Positions 27,355 to 36,378 of a stretch of 36,378 bases of DNA are shown here, piece by piece. Both the position numbers and the translations under genes were made by a program. The stretch is from the NCBI GenBank assembly GCA_001780825.1, contig MFIX01000003.1, positions 1-36,378 of the forward strand, given 5' to 3'. The notes under the pieces were generated by a model. It was not told the DNA's origin, ran no database searches, and was given only the letters and a program-made list of their open reading frames with translations. This DNA comes from Candidatus Glassbacteria bacterium RIFCSPLOWO2_12_FULL_58_11. Lineage in GTDB: Bacteria; Gemmatimonadota; Glassbacteria; GWA2-58-10. Position 1 is the stretch's first letter; each line of letters begins with the position of its first letter.

Positions 27355-28329
27355 ATGTCGGAAAATACCTGCACGGTGGGGATCGATCTGGGCGGGACGA
27401 ATGTGGTTTTCGGACTGGTCACCGCCCGGGGTGAGCTCTTGCAGCATTTCAGCCGTCCCACCGAGGGCGAACGCGGTCCGGCCAGGGTGATCGAGAACAT
27501 TCTGGAGGGCACCGAGGAGATTATCTCGCACGCCGAAGCTTACCGGGTCAACGGGATCGGGCTCGGCTCGCCGGGTGTTATCGACTCAGGGAGCGGAGTG
27601 GTGCTGCACTGCGCCCCGAACATCCCGCAGTGGAGCGGCCAGCAGATCCGTCAGCCGCTGCTCGAGCGTTTCGGACTGCCGGTTTTCGTGGACAATGACG
27701 CCAAAATGGCGGTGATCGGCGAGGCCACTTTCGGCGCCGGAGCGGGAAAGAAACATTTGCTCGTGGTGACCCTGGGCACGGGTATCGGCGGCGGGGTAGT
27801 GCTCAACGGCCGGATCCACCGGGGGGCTTATTTCTGCGCCGGCGAGATCGGCCACGCCGTGGTCCAGATCGGCGGCCGCCGCTGCGCCTGTGGGGTGGAG
27901 GGGCACCTCGAGGCCTATCTCTCGGCCAAGGGGCTGGTCGGCCAGGTGAAAGAGAAGCTGGCCGGGGGCGGGACTTCCGTGCTGACCGGACAGACCGGCG
28001 GCGACCTGAGCCGTCTCGAAGCCAAAATGATAGTCGATGCCGCCAAGGCCGGCGACAAACTGGCCGGCGAGGTCCTGGAGCTTTCCGCCCATTACCTGGG
28101 AATGGCGCTGGCGAATTTCGCGATGGTCTTCGATCCGGAGATAATGATTATCAGCGGCGGAATCGCCCTGGCTGGAGAGATCCTGTTCGACCCGGTGCAA
28201 AGGGCCTATGACCGGTATATTTTTTACACAGAGGTCCGCAAGGCGCCGATCGTGCCGGCCAAGCTGGGCTTCGAGGCAGGGATGGTGGGTGCGGCGGCAA
28301 TGGCGATCCTGGAGCTGAAATTAAGCTGA
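27355..28329 (+). CDS. glk: ROK-family glucokinase
   Basis: Contains GIDLGGTN, VDNDAKMAVIGE, GTGIGGG and GEIGHAVV, plus the Zn motif CACGVEGHLE. Confidence 0.85.
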   Translation: MSENTCTVGIDLGGTNVVFGLVTARGELLQHFSRPTEGERGPARVIENILEGTEEIISHAEAYRVNGIGLGSPGVIDSGSGVVLHCAPNIPQWSGQQIRQPLLERFGLPVFVDNDAKMAVIGEATFGAGAGKKHLLVVTLGTGIGGGVVLNGRIHRGAYFCAGEIGHAVVQIGGRRCACGVEGHLEAYLSAKGLVGQVKEKLAGGGTSVLTGQTGGDLSRLEAKMIVDAAKAGDKLAGEVLELSAHYLGMALANFAMVFDPEIMIISGGIALAGEILFDPVQRAYDRYIFYTEVRKAPIVPAKLGFEAGMVGAAAMAILELKLS

Positions 28330-28363
28330 CTACTGGATTTATCACCCTGAATTCCTCCGATTA

Positions 28364-29158
28364 ATGAACCATGTATTAGCTTTCGATTTCGACGGAGTAT
28401 TGAGCGACAGCCTGCTGGAAGCCTATCTGATCACCTGGCGCATCTCCGGCCGCTTCGATCCCACTCTGACGCTACCCGCGGCAACACTCCCCTCGCTGGC
28501 CGCCATACATGCATTTCGCGAGCAGCACCAAGAACATTGGCGGGCCTTCAATAAGCTGGTGCCGCTGGGCAACCGGGCTGAGGATTATCTGGTGATCCAT
28601 TCCGCGGTCGCCCGGAGCTTGAGACTGAAAACCCAGTCCGAGTTTAATGAATTTAAGGCCGGCATGGAGCGGAGCCGTCTCGAGGAATTCCACGAGGAAT
28701 TTTACCGGGAGCGCTATTCCCTGGCCGGGCAGGACCACGAACGCTGGCTGGCGCTCAACGAGCCTTACCCGGGCGCCAGGGAGGCGGTGCGGGCCTTGGC
28801 TGCCAGGTTCAAGCTGGCCGTCGCCACCTCGAAAGACGCCCGCACGGTCCGGGAACTGCTCGACAACTGGGGACTTTCCGGGCTGTTCCTGCCGGAAGCG
28901 GTGCTCGATAAGACCGCCGGGGAATCCAAGCGAGCCCATCTCGCTGCGCTGAAGAAAATTTTCGCGTGCGATTTCAGCCGGATTACTTTCATCGATGATA
29001 AAGTGAGCCACCTGCTGGACTGCCTGGACCTCGGGGTCCGACTTTACCTGGCCGGCTGGGGCTACAACGGCGAAACCGAGTGGGAACTGGCCCGCCGGCA
29101 TGCTATCCCGGTCCTTACGCTGGAAAAGCTTTCTCTCCTTTCCCCTGACAATAAGTAA
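28364..29158 (+). CDS. HAD-superfamily hydrolase
   Basis: HAD motif I FDFDGVLSDS, motif II ATSK and motif IV-like FIDDKVSH. Begins 35 nt after glk with no terminator in between. Confidence 0.7.
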   Translation: MNHVLAFDFDGVLSDSLLEAYLITWRISGRFDPTLTLPAATLPSLAAIHAFREQHQEHWRAFNKLVPLGNRAEDYLVIHSAVARSLRLKTQSEFNEFKAGMERSRLEEFHEEFYRERYSLAGQDHERWLALNEPYPGAREAVRALAARFKLAVATSKDARTVRELLDNWGLSGLFLPEAVLDKTAGESKRAHLAALKKIFACDFSRITFIDDKVSHLLDCLDLGVRLYLAGWGYNGETEWELARRHAIPVLTLEKLSLLSPDNK

Positions 29159-29257
29159 TTACAGACTACGGCAATTCTCCCGCCGCTCCTTCGATTCCCG
29201 ACAATTTATTCCGCGATAAACTCCGGGCGATTTTTTGCGTTTTTTCGCTTGCCCCTC

Positions 29258-29286
29258 TTGACAAGCTACTGGTTAGGATCTTAAAT
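29258..29286 (+). promoter_or_regulatory. Sigma70-like promoter TTGACA-17-TTAAAT for the tetR-efflux operon
   Basis: Consensus -35 with 17-nt spacing, 40 nt upstream of ATG 29326 (SD AAGGAGA). Confidence 0.5.
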
Positions 29287-29289
29287 TGT

Positions 29290-29301
29290 GACTCATCAGT
29301 C
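29290..29301. promoter_or_regulatory. Candidate TetR operator half-site pair GACTcATcAGTC
   Basis: 10 of 12 positions are symmetric. It lies immediately downstream of the -10 box, over the expected transcription start. Confidence 0.35.
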
Positions 29302-29325
29302 GCATCTAATAAGGAGAAATGGCTT

Positions 29326-30036
29326 ATGCCTACAATAACGTTTTCGCGGTTAAATCCTGATAAGCAAGAGAAAATCATCCATTGCGCGGCCGAGATTTTT
29401 GCCCGGAACGGTTATACCGGAGCCAGCATGGACTCAGTCGCCGAAGCCGCCGGAATTGCCAAGGGCGCGCTTTACCGCTATTTCACAAGCAAGAAAGACC
29501 TGTTCATCAGGGTTGTCGATTTCCTCCGGGAGGATATTAATAACTACGCCATGCAGTTTCTGGACAATCACAAGGATATAAATGTTTTCGATACATTTCG
29601 CGACTGGGTGGTCTCAATTTATACGCTCCATGAGCGGTTTTCCATGCACCGAGATGTAGTCTGTAATATCCTGTACCAGGAGGCGCTGGATTTCAAAGGC
29701 GAGGTGCTGGCCAAGTTCGGCAAGCTGACCACCCAGTACACCCGGCTGCTGTTGCAGCGCGGGATCGCCCGGGGCGAGGTGCGCGAGGAAGTCGACCTGG
29801 ATGCCGCCGCCTTTATTATTGACAGTGTGATCGACAGGTTCCACGACGGCGTCACCATGCCTTTCCTCGACAAGGGCTACGCACTCTATCAGCAGCCGCA
29901 GGAAGTCATCGAGCGCAAAGCGGATCAGCTTATCGCGGCATTCAGGCGGGCATTCGGCAAAGCGGGCTATCAGCAGGAACAGCTCGCGCTCCAGGAACAG
30001 CAACCGGCTAATTCCATGCACAGGAGCGCCAGCTAA
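29326..30036 (+). CDS. TetR/AcrR-family transcriptional regulator
   Basis: N-terminal HTH (IIHCAAEIFARNGYTGASMDSVAEAAGIAKGALYRYFTSKKDLF). The stop overlaps the tolC-like start (TAATG). Confidence 0.9.
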   Translation: MPTITFSRLNPDKQEKIIHCAAEIFARNGYTGASMDSVAEAAGIAKGALYRYFTSKKDLFIRVVDFLREDINNYAMQFLDNHKDINVFDTFRDWVVSIYTLHERFSMHRDVVCNILYQEALDFKGEVLAKFGKLTTQYTRLLLQRGIARGEVREEVDLDAAAFIIDSVIDRFHDGVTMPFLDKGYALYQQPQEVIERKADQLIAAFRRAFGKAGYQQEQLALQEQQPANSMHRSAS

Positions 30037-31403
30037 TGGGTAAAACTATAACCACCTGGACATTGAGCCTGCCGCTGATCCTGCTGCTGCTCTTCTGTTC
30101 TCCGGCCCGGCCGATGACAATCAAGGAGGCGGTCAGCTACGCCATGGAGCACAACCGGGACATCCTGACCGTCCGGGAGCAGATCACCGAAAGAAAAGGC
30201 CAGGTGCTGGAGGCCCGCTCGGATGCGCTGCCCCAGCTCAACCTGAACATGAATTCTTACCGGGTCCGCGACCCGGGATTTCTCAACAGCACTTTCGGCC
30301 AGCAGATTCTGCACGGCGGAGGGGGCTCCTCGGATTTTCCGATCCCGATCGAGGCGATTCTGCCCCGGCCGCAGACTTTTTATGAATTGGTCATGAACGT
30401 AAGCCAGCCCATCTTTACCTGGGGCAAGGTCTCCAATGCGGTCTCCCTGGCCAAGCTGGGGATCCAGGACGTAAACCTGAGCCTGGAGAGCGCCCGGCAG
30501 AACGTGGCCTACCAGGTGAGCAGCGCCTATTACGATGTCCTGGTGGCTGTGGAAACAATCGCGATGTACGAAAAGGCCCTGGAGACCCAGAAGCGCTACC
30601 TGCAGCAGACCCGGGACTTCTTCGAGGTCGGCGACGGCACGCGGTTGGATATCCTGCGCGCCCAGAGCCAGTTGGCCACCACCGAGCCGGAGCTGCTGAT
30701 GGCCCGTCATAGCCTGGTCCAGGCTGAAAAAACCCTCAATTTCCTGCTGGGACGCCCGCTGGAGGAACCGCTAAGCACCTCTCCGGTCGAGGCGGTGGAG
30801 GATTTCGAAGCTCCGCCACTGGACAGTGTCGTACAGGTGGCGGTCCTCAATCGCCCCGACCTCCGGCAGTTGAACGTGGAAGTGGATATGTACGACAAGA
30901 CAGTCAATGTCTTCAAGGCCGATTTCCGTCCCCGGATGGACTTAAACGGCCACTATGGTTTCTCGACCATCCGGACCGGTGACATATTCGACCGTAATTT
31001 CGAGTCCTGGCGAGTGTCCCTGGTTTTGAGCGTGCCGGTGTTCGACGGATTCAAAAACCGCGGCGTGGTGATGCAGTACCGCTCCCAGAAAAACCGGAAA
31101 GAGATCGAAAGTCAGAAACTGGCCGAACAAATCCGCCTCCAGGCGCGCCAGACCCTGGACGCCTGTACCTCAGCGGCGGAGGTTTACCGGGGCAGAGAGA
31201 TTTCCCTGGAAAGCTCCGAGGAGGAGGAAAGGGTCACCGCGGACCAGTTCGATCAGGGCCTGGTCACGCTTTACGAGCTGCTGGATTCCAACCGCCGGGC
31301 CCTGCTGGCCCGTTCCAGGTCCATCGATGGCCGTTACGGGCTGCTCCGCCAGATCGCGGACCTGAAACGCGCAATGGGAATTCCTGTTGACGAGCTTTTC
31401 TGA
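30036..31403 (+). CDS. TolC-family outer membrane efflux protein
   Basis: 455 aa with a signal peptide and duplicated OEP repeats (AVSYAMEHNRDIL..., RLDILRAQSQLATTEPELL, TLYELLDSNRRAL). Confidence 0.85.
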   Translation: MGKTITTWTLSLPLILLLLFCSPARPMTIKEAVSYAMEHNRDILTVREQITERKGQVLEARSDALPQLNLNMNSYRVRDPGFLNSTFGQQILHGGGGSSDFPIPIEAILPRPQTFYELVMNVSQPIFTWGKVSNAVSLAKLGIQDVNLSLESARQNVAYQVSSAYYDVLVAVETIAMYEKALETQKRYLQQTRDFFEVGDGTRLDILRAQSQLATTEPELLMARHSLVQAEKTLNFLLGRPLEEPLSTSPVEAVEDFEAPPLDSVVQVAVLNRPDLRQLNVEVDMYDKTVNVFKADFRPRMDLNGHYGFSTIRTGDIFDRNFESWRVSLVLSVPVFDGFKNRGVVMQYRSQKNRKEIESQKLAEQIRLQARQTLDACTSAAEVYRGREISLESSEEEERVTADQFDQGLVTLYELLDSNRRALLARSRSIDGRYGLLRQIADLKRAMGIPVDELF

Positions 31404-31427
31404 GAAAATTTTTCGCGCTATAAAAAA

Positions 31428-32492
31428 ATGGAGAGTATGATGTTGAACAAGCTGCTGCCCGCAACCCTGCTGCTTCTGCCTTTGCTGATCGGCTGTTCCA
31501 AGGGCGAGGCCCAGCAGGCCGATAAGGGGGTCACCGAGCTGGAGCGGATGGCTAATGTCGAGGTGCAGACAATCCACCCCGCCAGCCTGGATGAGTTTCT
31601 CATCCTGCCCGGCCACACCGAATTGATGCACGATATAATCCTGGCCAGCGAGCAGGGTGGCACGGTTCTCGAGCTGCACGTGGACCGCGGGGAACATGTC
31701 GCCAAAGGCCAGATTCTGGCGAAAGTGAGCTCCGACATATACGAGGCCCAGCTTGCCGAGGCCCAGGCCAGCCTGAAAATCAAAGAGGCCGGCCTGAAAA
31801 AGGCGGTCACGCTTTTCGAGCGCGGCAGCATTTCCGCCATGCAGCGGCTGCAAGCCCAGGTGGATCACGATGCCGCGGCCGCTAATGTCGACATTGCGAA
31901 AAGCCGTCTGAACCGGGCGATTATCACCGCGCCGTTCGCCGGCATTATCGATGACCGTTTTATCGATCAGGGCGAAATGGTTTCCCCAGGCGGACAGATA
32001 TTCCGCCTGGTGGACCGGGGCCGGATGAAAATCCTCAGCGAGCTGGCGGAAAAGGATGTTTCCACTTTTTACCCGGGGATCAAAGCCCAGGTGCAATTCG
32101 ACGCTTTTCCGGATACCGTTTTCAGCGCCACCCTGGTCTTTGTGGCCTCCAACTCCCATGAGGCCAGCCGCACTTTCGCCTGCGAGCTCGAGCTGGACAA
32201 CCGGAGCGGCCTGATCCGGGGCGGTATGTACGTGCGGATCCGCGTGCTCAAGGAAACGCACCACGACGTGCTGGTCCTGCCCCAGACCGCTCTGGTGGAA
32301 ACCGAATCCGGGCGCAGTGTTTTCGTGCTGGAGGGTGATAACGCCCATCGCCGCGGGGTAACCCTGGGCGCCTCGAACAGCGGGCAGGTCGTGGTCGCGG
32401 TCGGGCTGAAACCCGAGGAGACCGTGGTCGTGTCCGGACAGCGGGACCTGGTGGATGGTCAGAAAGTCAAAGTCACCGGCAGAAAGGACTGA
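31428..32492 (+). CDS. Efflux RND periplasmic adaptor (membrane fusion) lipoprotein
   Basis: Lipobox LLIGC, a lipoyl/hairpin region (VAKGQILAKV ... ITAPFAGIIDDRFIDQGEMV) and a beta-barrel C-terminus. The start could instead be ATG 31440, which is better spaced from GGAGAG. Confidence 0.85.
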   Translation: MESMMLNKLLPATLLLLPLLIGCSKGEAQQADKGVTELERMANVEVQTIHPASLDEFLILPGHTELMHDIILASEQGGTVLELHVDRGEHVAKGQILAKVSSDIYEAQLAEAQASLKIKEAGLKKAVTLFERGSISAMQRLQAQVDHDAAAANVDIAKSRLNRAIITAPFAGIIDDRFIDQGEMVSPGGQIFRLVDRGRMKILSELAEKDVSTFYPGIKAQVQFDAFPDTVFSATLVFVASNSHEASRTFACELELDNRSGLIRGGMYVRIRVLKETHHDVLVLPQTALVETESGRSVFVLEGDNAHRRGVTLGASNSGQVVVAVGLKPEETVVVSGQRDLVDGQKVKVTGRKD

Positions 32493-32500
32493 CCGGGAAA

Positions 32501-35500
32501 ATGAAAATTACCGATATTTCCCTGCAAAACCGCCTCAGTGTATTTGTGCTGATATTTTTGATCACCGTAATGGGCTACTACAGCTACCGGAAGCTGCCCA
32601 AAGAGGCCGCTCCGGATATCACCATCCCGATAATCGTCATCTCTACTCCGTATTTCGGGGTATCGCCCGAGGATATTGAAAACCTGGTGACCCGGCCGAT
32701 CGAGCGCAAGCTCAAGGGGCTGTCGGATGTCAAGGAGATCCGCTCCACCAGCCAGGAGGGATTCTCTACAGTCACGGTGGAATTCGTGGCCGGCACGGAT
32801 ATCGACGCCGCTCTGCAGAAAGTCAGGGAAAAAGTGGACCTCGCCAAGCCGGATATCCCGGAGGATGCCGAGGATCCGATGCTGACCGAGATCAACTTCT
32901 CGGATCTGCCGATCATGCTCCTGAATGTCTCCGGGGAAATGGACCTGGTCGGCCTGAAAAAAATCGCCGAAGACCTGGAAGATGCGATCGAGACCGTACC
33001 GGATGTCCTGGATGCGACTGTCACGGGAGGCCTGACCCGCGAGGTCCAGATCAACCTCGACCCCGACCGTTTGCACTATTACGACCTCCCGGTGGAGGAC
33101 GTAATCGATGCGGTCCGCAACGAACATCTCAATATTCCCGGTGGAACGATCGATCTGGGCTCCACCAAGTATCTGGTGCGGGTCCCTGGCGAATTCAAGG
33201 ACCCGGAGCGGATGAAAGATATCGTAATCAAGGTCAATAACGGCAAACCGATCTACCTGCGCGACCTGGCCGAGGTCCTGTATTCTTTCAAGGACCGGGA
33301 AACGATCAGCCGTCTCAACGGCGTGGAAACCGTCTCCGTTTCAGTGACCAAGCGCACCGGGACCAACCTGCTGGATATTTCCGACCGGGTGAAAGCGCTG
33401 GTTGCCGCTGAACAGAAAAAGCTTCCGGCGGGGATCGAGGTGAAAATCACCGGAGACCAGTCGAAAGATATCCGCAAGATGGTCAATGACCTGGAGAACA
33501 ACGTAATCAGCGGCCTTCTGCTGGTGGTGCTCGTGCTGATGGTGGTGATGGGGGTACGCAACGCCTTTCTGGTGGGGATCGCTATCCCGCTGTCGATGCT
33601 GCTCAGTTTCCTGGTCCTCGCTATGCTGGGCCAGTCGATGAATATGGTCGTGCTGTTCTCTCTGATCCTGGCGGTGGGCATGCTGGTGGACAACGCCATC
33701 GTGATCGTGGAAAACATCTACCGCCACCACTGCGAGGGTTTGAGTATTATCGAAGCAGCGGCGGTAGGCACTAGAGAAGTCAGCATGGCGGTGACCTCCT
33801 CGACTGTGACAACGGTGGTCGCCTTCATTCCGCTCATGTTCTGGCCCGGCATCATCGGGGAGTTCATGAAATTCCTGCCGGAGACCCTGATCATCACGCT
33901 CAGCTCGAGTCTTTTCGTAGCTCTGGTTTTTAATCCTGCGGTCAGCTCGAGGTTCATGAAATCGAGCGGCCCGGTGGTCAAGATCGAGGCCCGGGAAGAC
34001 AAGCTGGGCTTTATCCTGAGGAATTACCTGCGCGTGCTGCGGATCTCCATGAAAAGACCCATCCTTACCTTTGGCGCCGCTTTCAGCTTCCTGATCGTCA
34101 TTATTATTTTTTACGGCCTCTTCGGCCGTGGTGTGGAGTTCTTTCCCGAGGCCGATCCCTCGAAAATCTTTGTCGACATCGACGCCCCATCCGGGACGAA
34201 CCTGGAAACCAGCGACAGGCTGGTCAGGGAGGCGGAAACCGAGGCGAAGAAGCTGCCGGATATCAAAAACATTGTGGCCAGCGTGGGCCATCAGGGCGCG
34301 GGAATGGACTTCAATCTCGGCGCCGGGGCCACTAACAAGAGCCGGGTGATGATCGATTTTGTGGACATGGTAGACCGCACTCAGCCCAGCCCGGTAACCC
34401 GCGACCTTCTGCGGGACCGGCTCAGCGGGATGACCGGGGCCAAGATCGAGGTCAATGCGGAAGAGAACGGTCCACCCACCGGTCCGCCGATCAATATCGA
34501 GATTTCCGGCGAGGATTACGCGGTGATCGGCGAGCTGGCCCGGCAGGTGGAGGAGATTATCGCCAAAGTCGACGGGCTGGTCGATATCCGCAACGATTAC
34601 GATGCCCAGCGCCCCGAGCTGAAAGTCACCGTGGACCGGGAAAAAGCGGCGCTGCTCGGCCTCAACACCAAGGAAATCGCCAACACCGTACGCACGGCGA
34701 TTAACGGCACCGAGGCTGCGAAGTACCGGATCGGCGAGGATGAATACGATATCACCGTCCGTTTCGCCCTGGCCCGCCGGAGCAGTATTGAGGATGTGCG
34801 AAATATCAACGTCTTCTACGAGGGAGAACAGATCCCCCTGTCCAATATCGCCCATATCGAAACCACCGGCGGGGTGGGAACGATCCTGCACAAAGACATG
34901 AAGCGGGTGGTGACTGTCACGGGCAAAGTCGAGGGGCGCAACGAGAACGCCGCCCTGAAGGACTGCCAGGAAAAATTGAAAGGCCTCGTCCTGCCAGGTG
35001 GTTATTTCATCGAATTCACCGGCCAGAACGAGGAACAGAACGAGAGCCAGGCATTCCTTTCTGAGGCCTTCCTGGTGGCGCTGCTCCTGATCAGCCTGGT
35101 GCTGATCAGCCAGTTCAACTCTCTGATACTACCTTTTATTATCATGTTCTCGGTGATCCTCTCGATGATCGGAGTCCTGCTCGGACTGATACTTACCGGC
35201 ACTCCGTTCGGGATCATCATGACCGGCCTGGGAGTGATCTCGCTGGCCGGCGTGGTGGTCAACAACGCAATCGTGCTGCTGGACTATGTCCAGCAACTGC
35301 GGGCCCGCGGTTTCGACAAGAGCGCAGCGGTGATCCAGGCCGGCCTGGTCCGTTTCCGGCCGGTCATGCTTACCGCGATTACCACGATCCTGGGCCTGAT
35401 ACCGCTGACTACCGGAGTGGGTTTCGATTTCACCACTTTTTCATTCCAGTCCGACAGCGAAAGCTCACAGTGGTGGGGCGCGATGGGCGTGGCGGTGATC

Positions 35501-35668
35501 TTCGGACTCGGTTTCGCCACCCTGCTCACCCTGGTGTTCGTGCCTACCATGTACAAGCTACTGACCGACCTGACCGACCGTTTCGGCATAATGCCGGCCT
35601 ATATGCACAAGATAAAACACGCCAGGCACGAACCGGACCGGACCACGGGTCGCGGCGTTATCCGGTAA
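32501..35668 (+). CDS. RND-family efflux permease (AcrB/HAE-type)
   Basis: 1055 aa with a 12-TM duplicated architecture and two large periplasmic loops. Contains GMLVDNAIVIVENI and GVVVNNAIVLLDY. Confidence 0.92.
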   Translation: MKITDISLQNRLSVFVLIFLITVMGYYSYRKLPKEAAPDITIPIIVISTPYFGVSPEDIENLVTRPIERKLKGLSDVKEIRSTSQEGFSTVTVEFVAGTDIDAALQKVREKVDLAKPDIPEDAEDPMLTEINFSDLPIMLLNVSGEMDLVGLKKIAEDLEDAIETVPDVLDATVTGGLTREVQINLDPDRLHYYDLPVEDVIDAVRNEHLNIPGGTIDLGSTKYLVRVPGEFKDPERMKDIVIKVNNGKPIYLRDLAEVLYSFKDRETISRLNGVETVSVSVTKRTGTNLLDISDRVKALVAAEQKKLPAGIEVKITGDQSKDIRKMVNDLENNVISGLLLVVLVLMVVMGVRNAFLVGIAIPLSMLLSFLVLAMLGQSMNMVVLFSLILAVGMLVDNAIVIVENIYRHHCEGLSIIEAAAVGTREVSMAVTSSTVTTVVAFIPLMFWPGIIGEFMKFLPETLIITLSSSLFVALVFNPAVSSRFMKSSGPVVKIEAREDKLGFILRNYLRVLRISMKRPILTFGAAFSFLIVIIIFYGLFGRGVEFFPEADPSKIFVDIDAPSGTNLETSDRLVREAETEAKKLPDIKNIVASVGHQGAGMDFNLGAGATNKSRVMIDFVDMVDRTQPSPVTRDLLRDRLSGMTGAKIEVNAEENGPPTGPPINIEISGEDYAVIGELARQVEEIIAKVDGLVDIRNDYDAQRPELKVTVDREKAALLGLNTKEIANTVRTAINGTEAAKYRIGEDEYDITVRFALARRSSIEDVRNINVFYEGEQIPLSNIAHIETTGGVGTILHKDMKRVVTVTGKVEGRNENAALKDCQEKLKGLVLPGGYFIEFTGQNEEQNESQAFLSEAFLVALLLISLVLISQFNSLILPFIIMFSVILSMIGVLLGLILTGTPFGIIMTGLGVISLAGVVVNNAIVLLDYVQQLRARGFDKSAAVIQAGLVRFRPVMLTAITTILGLIPLTTGVGFDFTTFSFQSDSESSQWWGAMGVAVIFGLGFATLLTLVFVPTMYKLLTDLTDRFGIMPAYMHKIKHARHEPDRTTGRGVIR

Positions 35669-35693
35669 AATCCGGATGCGATTCATAATATCA

Positions 35694-35735
35694 ATCGCCC
35701 GGAGGGCCGTTCGTACGGCCCCCGGGCGATTTTGC
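35694..35735. terminator. Strong hairpin terminator between convergent genes
   Basis: atcgcccgg-a-gggccgt / acggccc-c-ccgggcgat gives 16 bp with a tcgt-type loop, followed by TTTT on the plus strand. It lies between the RND stop (35668) and the racemase-like stop (35774). Confidence 0.8.
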
Positions 35736-35773
35736 TTATAGAAACTTTAGCGGGAATAAATGCAGTGTAAAGG

Positions 35774-36378
35774 CTAGTTGAGTCTTAATGAGTCCGGAAA
35801 CCCGGCCAGACGGGGACTTTCGCGGTTGAACTCGACCAGGCGCCGCCAGACCTCGGGCAGGCTCTTTTTGATCATCGTCCGGGCTTCCTCAGAAAGGTTG
35901 CCCCGCTGCATGGGGGTTCTTCTGACATATTCCAAAGTCAATTTGCCCGGTTCGCGGCTGTATTTGTAGGCATAGCTGAAAGCCCCGATGTTATCGTAAG
36001 CTGAGCGCTCGAGGCCGGGGCTGGGTACGGATATGTAGAACTCATCGGTCCGGATCGCGCAGGCCTCTCCGGGGACCAGCAAAAGGTTGCGCGCATGCAG
36101 GGTATTATACAACTCGACCGCAGTGTTCTCCGCCGGGTCGATCAGCGCCAGCTCCGGCGCCAGCAGCGCGGCGTAGGGTTTCACGGCTGAGCCGTCCGGG
36201 TTATCGAGGCTGCGAAGACGGTCGAAAGCGGCAGTGAATTCGCTGCTGAAGAACGGGAAATGGGTGCAGCCCAGGATGACACCTTTGATCGGCGTTTTAC
36301 TGGCCAGATGACTGTAGTTATTTACCAGGGTCAGAGTATGGTAGCGGATGTAATTTTCCACGCTGTTCAGCCGGAGCA
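35774..36378 (-). CDS. Asp/Glu racemase-family (glutamate racemase-like) protein. Partial: the N-terminus is off the right edge.
   Basis: The reading frame is open to the window end. It carries the second catalytic-Cys motif context VILGCTHFPFF and then LIDPAENTAVEL. About 110 additional C-terminal residues are not typical of MurI. Confidence 0.5.
   Translation of the reverse strand, partial: LRLNSVENYIRYHTLTLVNNYSHLASKTPIKGVILGCTHFPFFSSEFTAAFDRLRSLDNPDGSAVKPYAALLAPELALIDPAENTAVELYNTLHARNLLLVPGEACAIRTDEFYISVPSPGLERSAYDNIGAFSYAYKYSREPGKLTLEYVRRTPMQRGNLSEEARTMIKKSLPEVWRRLVEFNRESPRLAGFPDSLRLN

Noticed and set aside
1-36378. Scan for CRISPR arrays, tRNA/rRNA genes, transposases or integrases, toxin-antitoxin pairs, restriction-modification or other defence genes, and hammerhead-type CUGANGA...GAAA cores in the intergenic regions.
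   Set aside because: I saw no regularly spaced direct repeats. The only GTTCGAATC-type T-arm context lies inside coding sequence. No protein has recombinase, nuclease-defence or toxin motifs, and no ribozyme core is present in the non-coding tracts. By-eye scanning is not exhaustive, so tRNAscan-SE, Infernal and PADLOC or DefenseFinder should confirm.

Overview
This GC-rich bacterial chromosomal window consists almost entirely of conserved housekeeping genes. They form two co-directional blocks that diverge from a roughly 800-nt gap with no credible ORF at 19.3-20.1 kb. The left block is all on the minus strand. It holds infC-rpmI-rplT-pheS-pheT, a zapB-like gene, zapA, a probable 6S RNA, rny-ymdB, folD-xseA-xseB-ispA-dxs-nadK-recN-pgsA, and a 3'-truncated GH36 alpha-galactosidase. 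The right block is all on the plus strand. It holds an sdh/frd operon in the order A-C-D-B, then 820 nt with no credible ORF, then two orphan genes (a membrane-anchored coiled-coil protein and a secreted protein). After those come pheA, ROK glucokinase, a HAD hydrolase and a tetR-tolC-MFP-RND efflux operon. A convergent, 5'-truncated Asp/Glu-racemase-like gene ends the window. I see no CRISPR array, tRNA, rRNA, transposase, integrase or recognisable defence or toxin genes. Several signals are not explained by the ORF track. These are a probable ssrS (6S RNA) downstream of zapA, a terminated transcript or attenuator upstream of infC, and REP-like tandem hairpins in an unusually long pheS-pheT spacer. 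There is also a 135-bp element with 12-bp terminal inverted repeats after pheA, and a palindrome-rich non-coding tract ahead of the orphan pair. The least explained locus is 23.56-26.04 kb. I cannot support calling it a new system from sequence alone, so all such claims are flagged as inference.
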